Source: Azolla caroliniana
Taxonomy: Eukaryota > Plantae > Polypodiophyta
Assembly: GCA_043228905.1 (NCBI GenBank)
Contig: JBHGNT010000002.1
Location: 1,798,001-1,862,000, forward strand
DNA length: 64,000 nt
Reading direction: 5' to 3'
The notes beneath the pieces are model-generated. The model ran no database searches. It saw only the letters and a list, made by a program, of their open reading frames with translations, and was not told the DNA's origin. This document shows, one piece after another, positions 24,011 to 37,505 of this stretch. Every line of letters begins with the position of its first letter. The first letter of the stretch is position 1. Both the position numbers and the translations under genes were made by a program.

Positions 24011-27000
24011 TTATTGTATCTTTGCTTTAACCTTATATGGGTATAACTGGTAAATGGTAATACTACAAAAAACAAGGGGCATAGCAGATAATGTGTATTT
24101 TGACGGAAACTTTCCTTCAAATACAAGCTGCAGGAATGCTGTAACAAGTAATGCCGTCACTATCACAAATCCCTGCATTTAAATAAACGTCGACATAAGA
24201 TAATGTACAACATTTCCAAATACAATGCACATCCAATATTACCTATTTAAATAGTACAGGAAACTAGAACTAATAAAAATTTTAAAATCAAGAAAATTCA
24301 AATAAACATAATCAAAATCTTTCTGGATGAAATAAATCTTCACATAATAAGTAAAACAAATTAACGAGCATCGAAAAAACAATTTTGACTGGGTTGCTGA
24401 TGTAAATATGAAATTTTGGTAACATATTAAATAAGTACCTAAAGACATGTTTGACTGAGCTGTTCTATCTATCATCACAAAAGTTTGATTATGCTACAAT
24501 TCGCTACAACCTAACAGAAAACACAATGCTACCTTCAATCACAGCAATTGATCCTAAGATTCATGACACAACATTAAAGATTTCCGGGCATACCATGCCT
24601 TCTGGGGTCATTCTCACATTTTCTTTAATTTCATTGACAATGACCTTGTTTGTGACCATTTATAGCAGTGCAAGCCTCCAATGGGTTCTCCTACATGGTT
24701 CTTTGCCGTGCTCCCAAAGATACTTAGCATAGAAACTTGAGTTTCTAGTACTCTCCTTGGAATTAAGCCATGATCCTTGATGAGACATATAAGACCAAAG
24801 TGAAACATTTTCCTGGAGTGTATCATTGTTAAGTGATCCTCAGTGTTCAAGAATTTTACTGATGAGCTTGTCAATTCAGACTGCACATTGTGACTGTGAG
24901 ATAAATGTGTACGGAAAGTATTGAGAATATTCAGAAAGAGAATTCCAATATGATACAAGGTAGAGTATTACAATAGAGTGTGATACTCAGAATCAGTAAC
25001 TTGCTTGAGGTGAAACGTGTGTAATTGATAAGTCTCTGCATTACCACCCCAACATCCCATCTCACATCAAAGAGAATGTGAGCTACATTGTACTGAAGCA
25101 ATGGTACAATTGGTGGACAAGAGGGTGGGCTCTAGCATGTATGGATGACGGAGTTTGCTCTGTTCCGAGAAGATGGTGCAACGTATGTAATGTAATGAGT
25201 GAAGCAGAGGCTTCATTTCTCTCCAAGCCATAATAAATTGGCATTGCCAAAAACCCTCAATTCACCAAGGAATCTATTGAAGCATTATGAAATGTAGTGA
25301 TGCATCTCATATACCAAACTGTTGCTAGATATATTGCATTCATCTAGAACTCAAAATTTGATTTTGTATATTTTTGAACATTTCTAACTCTTTCTGCGCA
25401 AACCCAGACATATATAAATTACAAATGTAGCTCAGTGGATAAGGTTGATGAGGGAAACTAGAAGATCATACGTTCAACCCTATATTCTATGGGTCATCGA
25501 GAAAAGAAATGAGATTTTATCCAAGGCATGGATGTCAATTAAGAAGAAAAAAGACGTAAAAATAGATAGTAGCCTACTAGAGACTGACATCAACCCTATG
25601 ATTACAAATATGGGTAGCTTCATGTTATCCATACTGAACCAATAATGATCCAAGATAATGGTCTTAATGCATGAGGTAGCTTTACAAATGGGAAGATTTT
25701 TTGAGATGGTTTGACAAGCATGGCTACTATGTATAGAATAAGTGGTGGCAAGAGGATATGGTACCCAATGTTGGTTGGTGTGGAGTAAGGCATTTACAAA
25801 GTGCATCAACTGCATTTGGGTATCCTCTGGTAGTTTGGACATTGTGAGCAATGATCTCCATGATATGGTGATAATATGGAATATGTGCCATGAAATCCAA
25901 TAACTGTGGCATAGATTGACACATACGTGATATTCGTGATATTCTCCATGCGCAATATTCTCCATATTCAAGAATACAAAATGGCCCCAAGAATATTAAA
26001 AAACCATTCGTTTTGTAAAATAAATATAAAATTTTTATTTATTTATTTAAATAAATGTATTTCACCAAAAAAAACAATTATTCATTAATAGATTATAGTG
26101 TCAAGAGAGTTTATGAAACTTATTTTAATTAATTAATTAATTTTTTAAAAACGTATATTTTTATATTTATTATACAAATATTATTACTAATTAATATGAA
26201 CTTTGAAGATATAATTAGTTTGAAGTACTATTTTTAATGTCAAGATAAACATATCCATAAATTTTGAGAAAAATAAAAAGTGAGAAATTAATGAGCCTTT
26301 ATTTTATTTTATTTATTTATTAAAAATAAAACGAATACTTTTAAGTTATACATTTATTATAAAAATTTAGTAGTGTCCAAGTCCCCAAAGTCCCTCTTTT
26401 ATTATCCCTATTTATTGTTAAATTCCTTTCTTTTTATCCTAGGAAATTTTTTTTTAAAAGTTTTTTTTTTTGGGGGGGGAGGGGTGTTTTAACGAATACT
26501 TGACTACCCATTCGTATTCGTATTCGTTTGCATTCGAATGGGAAACCCGACTAATGCGAATATGTCAATCTATGAACTGTGGTATCCATTGTTATCGTTC
26601 TTCTGCTAGCTCAATGGTGACTCAGCAGCCCATCATTGGTGGACACGTGCTGGTACTATGCTGCCTCAGTAACATCATGTGCTAGTATAAGGGTTGAGGG
26701 AGAAGCAAATGTTATATTAACAACTTCATTAAGGACAGAGTGACCTACGAGACCAAACGTTATATCCATGTGAATAGAGGTCTTGTTATAGGCATGACCA
26801 TATAATATCCCGTGGTGAGAATTTACCGTAGTATTCTATACACGTGGATAAGTGTGAGGGTTAAACGAGAGTGTAAAGAAGGGGAGGTTTACTTTTAATC
26901 CTCGGGATTGAGACAAACCATTAGGCCAAGTGTGATCACGTGGATAAGTGTGAGGGTTAAACGAGAGTGTAAAGAATACTATGGTAAATTATCACCACGG

Positions 27001-30000
27001 GATATTATATGGTCATGCCCGTAACAGGTCTGGTAAAAGAAAGTCGAAAATAAATTATCCATAAAATATTAAGCTTCTATATGTAGCTAGGCTATGATCA
27101 CAAAAGAATGATGAAGGAACCACGAGTAATACGGAGGATACAATTACAAAATACATAAGAACATACCTAGAAGAGGTAGACTGTGAACGAATCAGCCTAT
27201 GAATGCTCTCATGGGATGATGCCATATGACATCAATGTCCTTATTAGTGAAGCACCTGGGCAATCCTGCTCAATCTCAGGGAATATTACTATGTATCCTC
27301 CAATGTAGGGTATATCCTCTATGTTATGATCCGAGTATCCTTGGGCACTTGGAGAACACCAAATGAACTGCTTGGTCATGAAATATCCCTCTACGAAGTG
27401 TTGTGCATGTTTTGAGGCCTCGCTGCAAAGCCATCTTAAAGAAATCTACCATTTGCCATTGCACAGGGCCTGAAGCCAGGTACTTTTCAGGAGACTCTAA
27501 ATCTATAGGTCTCTGGCAGAAAAATCCCCAAACATTTGTGATCTGGATTTATTTCATGTGGTCCATATAATAGTAAATATGTATAATTATCTGGAATAAA
27601 TAAAGTCCATAACTCAGGAGTCCAACCCCTCCATAAAAGGCAGCAGCAGCATCCTCTGATCTAGTAGTAATGAGTGTTCTTTAGACTATGGTGCTGTATG
27701 ATACAACAAACATATCATCTGCTCATAGTTTATACCCTTATTTTCACACCTACCTCTATCTCCAACTGACATGATGAGATGCAGATCTGTTCAATGGTGC
27801 ACACCAATCAATGAGACAGATAGATATCCATCTGTCATGTGAAGAAGATAGCCACGATAGAAGGCCATCTTCAAACCTAGCTCCTGCATATGTTTGATCA
27901 ATGTTCACATATTCTCTAGCTGAATGAGATCTTGCCTGATGAATTTGCTAGTCTCTGAGTGAGTGTGAGAGATGGTACACCCAAGGAGTTCTGGGAGGTA
28001 TATGTTGAAATCATGAAAGTCAACTTTAACACTCAGTTAGCAACTGCCTGGAGAACTCCATAATCAACCCGGCATATCTATGTAGAGGAAACTCCCGTGT
28101 ACTATAAAGAAAGGACACTGAAATGATCAGGGTCTATACGATCATCGGTGGTGCAGCAATTATTAAGTTCACAACTGATGAATATTCTAAAAGAAGACCA
28201 GAGGTTTTATAAACAAGCAGAAAAGTAAAAAACACCCTGCAAATCAGTTCACAAAAACGTTTCAATAAAATACAGACTCACATGCAACATGGTCCCAACT
28301 TTTACCTTCCAGGAAAATCCCACTAAAAGGAGTGATAAAACAGAAAATCCCAATACAAGAATGCAATGAACAAGATCAGGCTGGTCCTTCTCAACTGGCA
28401 GAGATTGCACAAAATCAAATAGAAATGGGCCTACATTGATGTAGACAGTTCAGGTATCTTGACAGCTACAGCACTTCAAGTATGTTCCTTCACAATGCTG
28501 TATAGGTATCTCTCTCCCCTTCCACTTTGTGGCAAGAGAAATGGAAATCCAAGGAACATGAGGAAACAGAAGGAAAAGACTTCAGCACATTACTACCACA
28601 TGATTGCCAACCTCCAGAGTTTTAGTGGCAAGAATTCTATCTCTCACCTCTAATGCTCGAGTCTTTGCATAGGACAAAAGCTATGTAATCCCTACCAAAA
28701 AAACACTGGTTTCATCTTTTTCCAAATTGCAATGTTGGCTGGCTAAGCCAGGTTTTTCTTTCATGCAGAATATTCAGCATGAGGCACTCATAAACGCCAT
28801 CTTATTTCACTTTTTTGTTTTTATTATTGTCCATTTCATAAATCAGTAAGAGAAATTGAGCAGCAAATTTAACTGAAATAGGATTCTAATATTTACCTTT
28901 CGAACTCCACCGGCAGCAGTAGTAACTAAACCCACTAAAATGCCACCAATTGCATTTGTAAAAACGGGTACCTTCACAAACAAGCATCCAACTAAAAGTG
29001 AGGCCTGATACACACAAGCATATCTGATTTAAAAGATTCAGTGACCTCTAAAGGACAATAAAACATGAACAATAACAGCAGAAGTCTGAAGTCATATGCA
29101 GCAGTGTCCTCGTCTTCCTATGTTAAAGAAACTGGATATTGCTTACAAGCAAAAGCCAAATATTAGAGGTTAAACCTTCATAGTGTCTTTTGGATCTCAA
29201 ATGAGTGGAACATCCAGATATTGAGAAACTCATACCTAAGATGAAACGTACAGTCTTAAGTTTGCTTTGTGAAAAAAGCATGCATCGAATTTCATGTCAT
29301 CTAGACATCAGAAGAATGGAAAGTTCTCATTAATAAATAATTCATATCTAATCTGAAATGAATGTATTCCACTATGCCTAGGCCCCGCACAAAGCATATT
29401 TCTGTTTTGAGAGAGAAATCTTTAAATACAGTTCTTGAAAGTCTTTAACAAGTAGCTAGATTGAATGTGCAGAAGAAATGGCTTCACTTACTCAAGAGTC
29501 ACGAAGTTCCTCAGACTTTAAAGGTGTATTGTCAAGTAATCAACTTAATAAATAAGAAGCTACATGCAAGGGTCCAGGCTAAAATGGCATGAATCTGATG
29601 TAATCTGAGTCAATGCATTGGTGACTGTTTTTCAAGAACTTCTGAACCAAATATGATCTGTTTCGCCCAAATTTACCATAAATTTAAGGAAATACAACTA
29701 CTCTCCAAAGCTAGCAAAATATTGAGAGTTTTTTAAAGATTAGGTATTTCTCTACACTGACAGGGTTTCATAAACTATATTTTTACAGGATTGGAAAATT
29801 GGATGACCCACCAATGTAGCAAAAGTGACAACTTAGGAGGTATCCTAGAATATCTATTGTAGACGTGTAGCATTATTTGCATGATACCAAATTGTTTATA
29901 TTGGTTGTCAGGAAAATATCAATTTACTTTCTGATGGACTAATCTCAAGAGTCATACAATCCAAATGACCAAACTTATTCAAGAAAATGACTATGAACTG

Positions 30001-33000
30001 AGATACATAAAGAGAAATACAGAATAGTTGTGAATGTCCTTTGTAGAATATCAATGATAATTCACCAGTGATCTGATTGAATCATTGGCCATGGACATTC
30101 AGCTCTTAGATGGGACATCAGATCATGTTCAACATGGATTGAATGAAAATATTTTATTACCAATGATGGTCATTTACTCACAACAGTGGATTATATGTCC
30201 CAACTGATGTTGTGTGGCAATGCAAAATACTCTGTGAGTGTCAAGATAGTACTAACGTAAGCAAAATATCACTTAATTGGATTTATAATCTTGTTCTAAT
30301 GTTTTTAAACTATGTACTGTTTTTTTAGGATTTTAAACTATGTAATTGATGATAGGACAACAAAGTTGATGATTAAAGATAGAGAGACTGTGAATATACT
30401 TTGTGGATTTTAGTGTTGTATTGTGAAAAAATCCAAGAGTTCATGACTCTATGTAGGTAGCATTAAACATCTTGCAATTCAAAATAAATATGTTTATACT
30501 GGTCACAAGTGATTCAAGAATGCTACAATTAGCTAGAGTATTGATCTACCAACAAAAATATTTTCCCATCCACAATCACGTAAAAGGACTACTGAAATCC
30601 TGAAATATGTGCTATGTATGATTCACATGTAAATTAACAGAAACTTGATTGGAAAGAGTACTTACCCACAGTACTCTTCCACAATGTATTGTTCATTTAT
30701 GCACATAGCTGGGTTTCAGCCTCTGCTATGTTTTAGACAGAACAATAACCATGGTGTCTATGAGTGAGCTTAACATTGTGAAGCATTCTAGATTTACACA
30801 GCATTCTATTAGATACACTAATAAAGAAGAGATTAATCTGCAGCATTCAAGGCTAAACACAATCATCTGCAGCTTCTGGAGTTTCTTTGATATTCTGGTT
30901 CAAACTCTTCAAGGAGAAATAAATGCAGGTTATTACTTACAAAGGTATAGAAGTCCCAGCCAAAGAAGAATCCATTTTTTTTTATGGCCTGGCCATCAGG
31001 GGACCACAGCATACTAATAAGCAAGCACAAGGTGCCGAACGTTGACATCTCTATTGTCATAAGGTATGAGCTTCTTCTTTTAACCTGCAAACCAAATGAA
31101 ATAGTTTAATAAGAATTACAGCTTATTGATAATACCACATCCTAATACTGGACACACTGTTAAACGTAAATGTCATCAAAACACGTCATTCTTAACTAGG
31201 TTATCTGTAGAGGGAACTTGAAAGAGGTGGAAAGTCATGTCGCCAACGAAAATCATATGGAACTACTAAAGGTAATGAAAGTCCGAGGCATGCTATCTTA
31301 AATTATTTGACACCTGAGTTAATGGACATGAACATATATATCACCGAACACTCAAAGAAGAAAAAGGTCAAGCAAGGGTTAAGTCTTTGCCAACCTGAGA
31401 CGCCCATTGACATAGAGTTGAAGCTAAACCTGATATTATAGAGGCAACAAGGACTGGTATCACACCCATAAAAATAGCCTCTCCCTGTCCTTTAGGGGAA
31501 CTGCTGGAAGATGAACTTTCACCCACACACAGTAGCAATGCTGCTACCAACAGTAGCACCAAAGCTCCAATTTGGTAAGATGATTGCTTGTGCCTGAAGC
31601 AAAATTAAATAAACAAAAGCATTAATGCAAAAATTAGACATTATTTTCGTCCATGTAAAATAGCTCACCCTCTGATTACCTATGATATATTCTCAGAAGT
31701 TAGTTTACAAGCATGTTTGAGGAACTCATGTTTTCCCTACATTTATGGATATAGACTAACATGATGTCTAACAATTAAGAATCTGTTACATCGGAAAACA
31801 TGCAACCTCTTTGCTTTGCATGTAAACACTTAGATGTCAATTGATGAGCAGTATTTGCTTCTTGTTTACATACTTTTATACAACCACAATATTCTGAGCT
31901 TACAAATTAAATGCACAGTGAGTTAAAGAGAGAAAAGGTAGAATAGTAAGAAGCAAATTAGTGACTTTATATAAAAGCTCACTTCACTCAAAACCACTGA
32001 CTAGACCGATTCCTTGCATCTAGATTTTATAGTTGTGTCTGCACAGTACGAGAGTTATAAATTGTTCATTGACACTAGAAGAGCCAGTGTAGATGTATTG
32101 CAGACTAATCTACCAACTTCCTAGACGTATTTGAAATGCAAAGTTACTAAGTGACTGTATAAAATCTCTAACAATGAGTTGAACCTCCTAAGATAGTCAT
32201 TAACTGTCATTGCATCTAGATTACATAGTTGTGGATACTTATTACAAAAACTTTTAAATTGCATATCAACACTGGAAGAGCTAAAGTGGATGTATTACAT
32301 GAACAACCCAGCTAGCTTCTATGGGAAGTTCTAAATGCAAACTTAAAAACTGGAAAACGGACTTGTCCATCAGTTTAAATACATATTTATTACATAGAGC
32401 AACAGATCTCCAATGTGTACATTCTTCATAAAGAAACAAGAACAGATTCACTGGGTAGTTTGTACCTTAGTATGAGAAACATAAACAATGCCGTGAAGAG
32501 AAGCTTGCTCTGGTTTAGCATGGAAAAAGTTAATGAATCCAAATTCCGGTAACCAAGTTGTAAAAGGGTATTTTGTAGGGCATACAATGCTGCTGGGAGG
32601 CCAGAAGCTATCAAAGCACCAGAGAACGTCCAATCCTTGTGAAGATCCCAGAGTGTTCCATTCCATGCCATAAAGATCATTGCGAACCCTACCTGCAAAA
32701 GATTGTTAATGACAATCACTTTCGATATTCAATATAATTTATAGAATGTATCATCATTTGCACAATATGCATTCTGGGACAAAACATTTTCATCACTATT
32801 TTACCTTGGCCCATTCACATGTGATTACTGCAGAAGTTACTATGACCTGCTTTCTGCAAGCGCAAAGACATTAAAAAAGTCTTTCAACCATCCCCTCTTC
32901 ATTTTACTTTCAAATATCAAATTTAACTATGATCTTAGAACCATGTGCATGACATTGGGGGTACCAAACAGGAAACACTGAAAGATAAATGCACCAAAGA

Positions 33001-33961
33001 CTCCTTATAAAAATGGCCTGAGCATCATCTAGAACACAGTGATGATCAGGTCTCAACATAGTATCTTATTTCTCTCATATCCACTCCTGTCATCCTGCAG
33101 CATGTTCCGGTCTCCAATGTCCATGTAGGATAACTAGTTGTGTCAGTGGAGAAGTCATAGTGATATATGGGAACAGATTCCCGAGGCTGATTTTATGTTG
33201 AGATCAGATGCTACTAATCTTTAAATTGCGAATTTTGGCCACATTACAAAGATCCTCCAAGGTTAATTCACTCCCCATGCACTACATTTCCTTCACTTAC
33301 CTATACCTGTGGGTGGAACTATCTAGATTCATCATAGTAGTAGCAGTAGTATGTACAGCGTACACAATACTTACACAATTAACAATCTATAGTCAGGATT
33401 TGTAACAATCTTCTCAAGATAGAAGCAAAATCATATTATGTCATGAACAATTTATGATAAGATTTCACAGCGATTTTCTCAAATTAAAGCAATCTTTCAA
33501 CTGAGAAAGAAAATCTTATCGAGTAAGCAATCCATGGTGATATTCTTAAAGTAAGAGAAAAGAGGTTACCAAGTGGATGCTTGATGGTGAGGTTTTGCAA
33601 TCATTTCGACGAAAATGAGGCAATTACTTCAGAGTAAAAAGGACAGAGTTTATGAAGCGAACAGTCTATTGTGAGGTTTTGCAATTACTTTAACGACAAT
33701 GAGGTAACTTTCAGAGTAAGAAATAAATTTTTTACTAGAGTGAACAATACATCGTGCAGTTTTGAAGCAAATTTAACGAAGATGTGGCAATTTTCAGCGT
33801 GTAAGAAGGAAGAGAGCTTACCTCGTGAACCTCTTCGACAGAAGAGCCTGAGCACCGTATTGGAGGCTAAGCAAGATCATGTAGAACCAGGCGCGGGAAG
33901 GGATCTGACCTGGTTTCTGCTTCTTTGATAGCGGCCTTACTTCTGCGGAAGAGATCGCCAT
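24011..33961 (-). CDS. CMP-sialic acid transporter-like nucleotide-sugar transporter (SLC35A type), 7 exons, 331 aa
   Basis: In-phase exons 33961-33822, 32853-32805, 32692-32466, 31593-31395, 31084-30941, 28971-28897 and 24172-24011. Motifs LQYGAQ, SGLPAALYALQN, LDSLTFSMLNQSKL, GGILVGLVT..AGGVRK/GFVIV. Confidence 0.92.
25910..26574. mobile_element. hAT-superfamily MITE, 665 bp
   Basis: 15-bp TIRs CATAGATTGACA(C/T)AT with one mismatch; perfect 8-bp TSD AACTGTGG at 25902-25909 and 26575-26582; repeated tattcg subterminal motifs; very AT-rich core. Confidence 0.92.
26784..27026. mobile_element. 243-bp foldback element with TGT...ACA ends, 60-bp TIRs and a 5-bp TSD
   Basis: Arms tgttataggcatgaccatataatatcccgtggtg... 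match at 55/60. GGTCT is duplicated at 26779-26783 and 27027-27031. Internal ~40-bp direct repeat. Confidence 0.85.
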
Positions 33962-36139
33962 GGAGCCAGAGATGGAAGACGAGAGCCTCTGGAGCTTCCG
34001 AGTGTCGACGACGGAGGAAGGCAAATGAATCCTCCTCATTTACGGGCGAAGTAAAAGGTTAAGAAGTAAGTCAGTCCATGTTCACACTGTCTAAGTCACA
34101 TAGATAGACACATGAGGCACACCATGTTTTCCTTCTTCTGGAAAGGCGTCTCTTTTTGGTAAGTACCATCTCTTGTTTGGGTAACTAAGAAGGAAGCTTT
34201 TTTCCATAACCAATATCCAACGAGAGAACAGTAGGTGCGCCCGCATGTATATAAAACCTCTTGTCCGACCCCACGAGAGAAAGAGAGACATGAGAAGGAA
34301 GGTCATCTTCTTATGCAGAAGTGTCAAGAAATCATCTTCGTAGCCCTGGGAGCGATTGGTCAAACGAGGCTCGAGACCTTAACGATGGGACATGTGTCAT
34401 AACTCCAACAAGTGTCACACTTACACATGACACTTGAAACTTGAAACTTCAGTGTCCCATAACACACAGCATGTCCACCGATGCATACATATACACATAC
34501 ATATAAAATATAAGTACAAACCATAACATACATATACCTAACATATATACGATGCACGCATGGTAAGTACGTGACATGGCGTACATACGTATACTATGGC
34601 AACACAATATGCACATACCTAGCAGAAGATAGCATAGCATAGAATTGCATAGCATAAAGATACACATACATAGTTATGATAGGAAAGAAACAAATTGACA
34701 CGTTTATTTGCTAACGAATCATAATGAGGCATGGCAAGGGAATTGCAAACATAGACGATGCAGGACGTGTGCGATCTGCACCATCAAATGTTTATCCCAA
34801 AAAAGTGTGCCATTGTAAAATTTGTTGCAACTCCAATGTTCATTTAACCTATCTCAATGGAATAGCCCAATGCATTGTAGTAACCTAACTCTTATGTTCA
34901 TTCCATAACTCAATGCATCTTAATAACTTGACTCTAATGTTCATTCAAAGCTCGAATCATTTCAGTAACCTAGCTCAATGCAGTAGCCCAACTCATTGCA
35001 ATAGCCCAAATGAATGCAATAACCTAACTCATCATAGTAGCCCGACTTAAATTTAATTGTACTCACTTAATTCATATTAGTCACTTTGCGCCAAATTGAT
35101 GTCGACTAAAATCTTGATTTCTGGTCATTGTAGCCAATTTTGAATTGACGACATGTCTATTGTAGTTGGTTTTAGGAGGGGAGAACTCATATCACTTGAG
35201 CCTTCATACTTGTCTCGTATGTATTTTATTGATTTCTTATCTGTTTGTTTCTAATCCACGTTTTCTAATGGGATGGGAAAACCTACATGTTGGTGAGTGA
35301 AAGGAAATTGTTCTTGAAATTTGTTATTAGGTTTTAGATTTTATTGGTTGTGTGGATATTGTATTGCGTTGGATGATTTAGAAAAACCTACATGTTGGTA
35401 AGTGAAAGGAAAATGTTGGGTTGGGTAAAATGTTCTTGCAATATGGTATTTGCATTTAGATTCTTATAGATCCATGTAGATTGTGCATGCATTGGATGAT
35501 TATTGACATCTTGGAATTGATGCTCATGCAAGGGTCATTGGTTTTCATAACCTTGATTGATTTCTACCTTGCTCGCATAAATGGCTACTAAGTCCTCAGG
35601 TTCTTAGAGCTTGATTGTAATTGGGGTGAAAGAAGACCCAGTGAAACAGGACTACAATTCATATGCATGTGTCCTGATTTTGGTTTTGGTTGCGAGGTTT
35701 TTGTGAGAAGGGGTATCATAAGCAACATTTGAAGAAAGTCAGAGGAAACTAAGGTAGAGAATAGTGAGGTTGCGAACCTAATATTGGAACAATAACCATT
35801 AGATGTTGATGCTCCTCCAAAAGGTAAGTTTGTGTACATCCTTGTATTCTAGTTGTAGGTACGTATATATTGGTTTATTCTAATGCGTATATGACATTGC
35901 CAACACTTTCACACTAGATGTACTTGACCCAATCTCATTCTTCAAGCGTGTTTGAGATCCTATGGGTATCAAATCTGGAACATGTATAGTTAAAGAGTCA
36001 CGTCAACAAAATCCACATTGGTTTTATGAGAGAATGGAGATGGAGGTACATTTGTGGAAGGTACATGGCATTTGAAATTGGTGACATTTGAAATGAATAA
36101 CTTGACTAATATGATGATTCGAATCATCGTAATTTTAGT

Positions 36140-36412
36140 GTGAAGGCTCACCAATTGGGGAAATTCAAAGATGATGGGCACATCACAACCAACTGTGCAC
36201 AAAAACCACAATCCAATTCCATGCCAACTCAAGTGAGAAGGGTAAAATCCAAGTCATATGGAAAGAGCGGGACACGATCCTATGTGATGAGAGTCAACAT
36301 CCCAACTCGACCCAATGGGACCAATTGTGGATATCATGTAATACAAACTATACAAATGCTAGTGAAGGAGTTTGTACATGGCCTAGGATCTTCAGATTTT
36401 GTAAGTGTTTAA
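36140..36412 (+). mobile_element. Possible Ulp1-protease remnant of a CACTA/MULE-type transposon
   Basis: VNIPTRPNGTNCGYHV resembles the Ulp1 catalytic motif vPxQxNgxDCGxxV. The surrounding sequence is decayed. Confidence 0.35.
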
Positions 36413-37505
36413 TATTTTGATTGTGTATAACCAACCCTCGTACGTGAGTTCTTAGTATTGTTGTTTGATAAGGGTTTGAGCATCAGTTTGAACACGATGA
36501 CATGGAGCTCCTTCGAATGAATATGACAAAATGGGCATGCCATGTATTCAATATCATGTTGTAAGTTCTCAGATTCGGCCGATTTGGCTTGTAAAATTGA
36601 TTTGCGACAATGAGGAAACAATATTTTGGTGTTTATGATGTACGTTTGTATATGGTGGAAATGATTACCGCAAAATTTGTGGTTGTATTTTGCAATCTTC
36701 CCCATAAAGAGCCACGATCTTTGACTTCTGGTATGGATTCAATGATTTTTAGGTTTTTGGTCTCTAATTTCAAAAGTTTTTGCTCTTCAAAAACAACGTT
36801 GGATAGCTTGTGATCTTTGAAACTTTTTGTGATTGGAATTTTGTGTAAGTTGAAGTTTCTAGTATCTTCAATTTTTATTTTGGGTTTATTGGTGGCTTAA
36901 ATTTAAATGGTGGTTACAATTTTCATGGTGGCCCAAAATTGAGATGAAACAATGTTTGAAATCTAAAACTCAGAGATTTTTGTTATGCCCCTAGATTATG
37001 GGGGTCTCGAAACACATGAAATATGGTTGGGAGAAAGAGAATTGGGACAAGAAAGATGATTTATATTCCAAGAAGAGATGACAGATTACAACAGTCCCAA
37101 TGTTGGGACGAACCAAATATATGAGAAGGGCCTAGAGAGTGTTCTATATTACAATGGGAGAGTAGAACTCAAAGATCAAGAATCATCCAAAACGAGGAGA
37201 CGCTCCTCTTTACATATGCCAATATATGGTTGCTAGAATAACCATTGGGACTAGCTATTCCAACGACATTTTTGTAGCAAGGACTAGGATTGGTTCCTTT
37301 CGTGAGTCCCGACTTAGATTGGGATCGCGTGTCGATTGAGACTCTTCAAGGTCTATTTGGGATTGTGCGAGCTTGTTCCAGCTTTGCTTATGATTCCTTG
37401 GGATTGTCCAGACTCCGATTGGGGTCGTTTGACACTGTCGCAACTCACTTTGGGGCTGCTTGGGGTTTGTCCTGACATAGTTTGGGACCATTTTTGAGTT
37501 GGGAC

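Noticed and set aside
24540-25900. ORFs of 90-160 aa in the transporter intron
   Set aside because: They look like decayed TE sequence; no motif could be assigned with confidence.
27100-28700. Possible LINE remnant in the transporter intron
   Set aside because: Composition is suggestive, but no unambiguous RT motif could be read.
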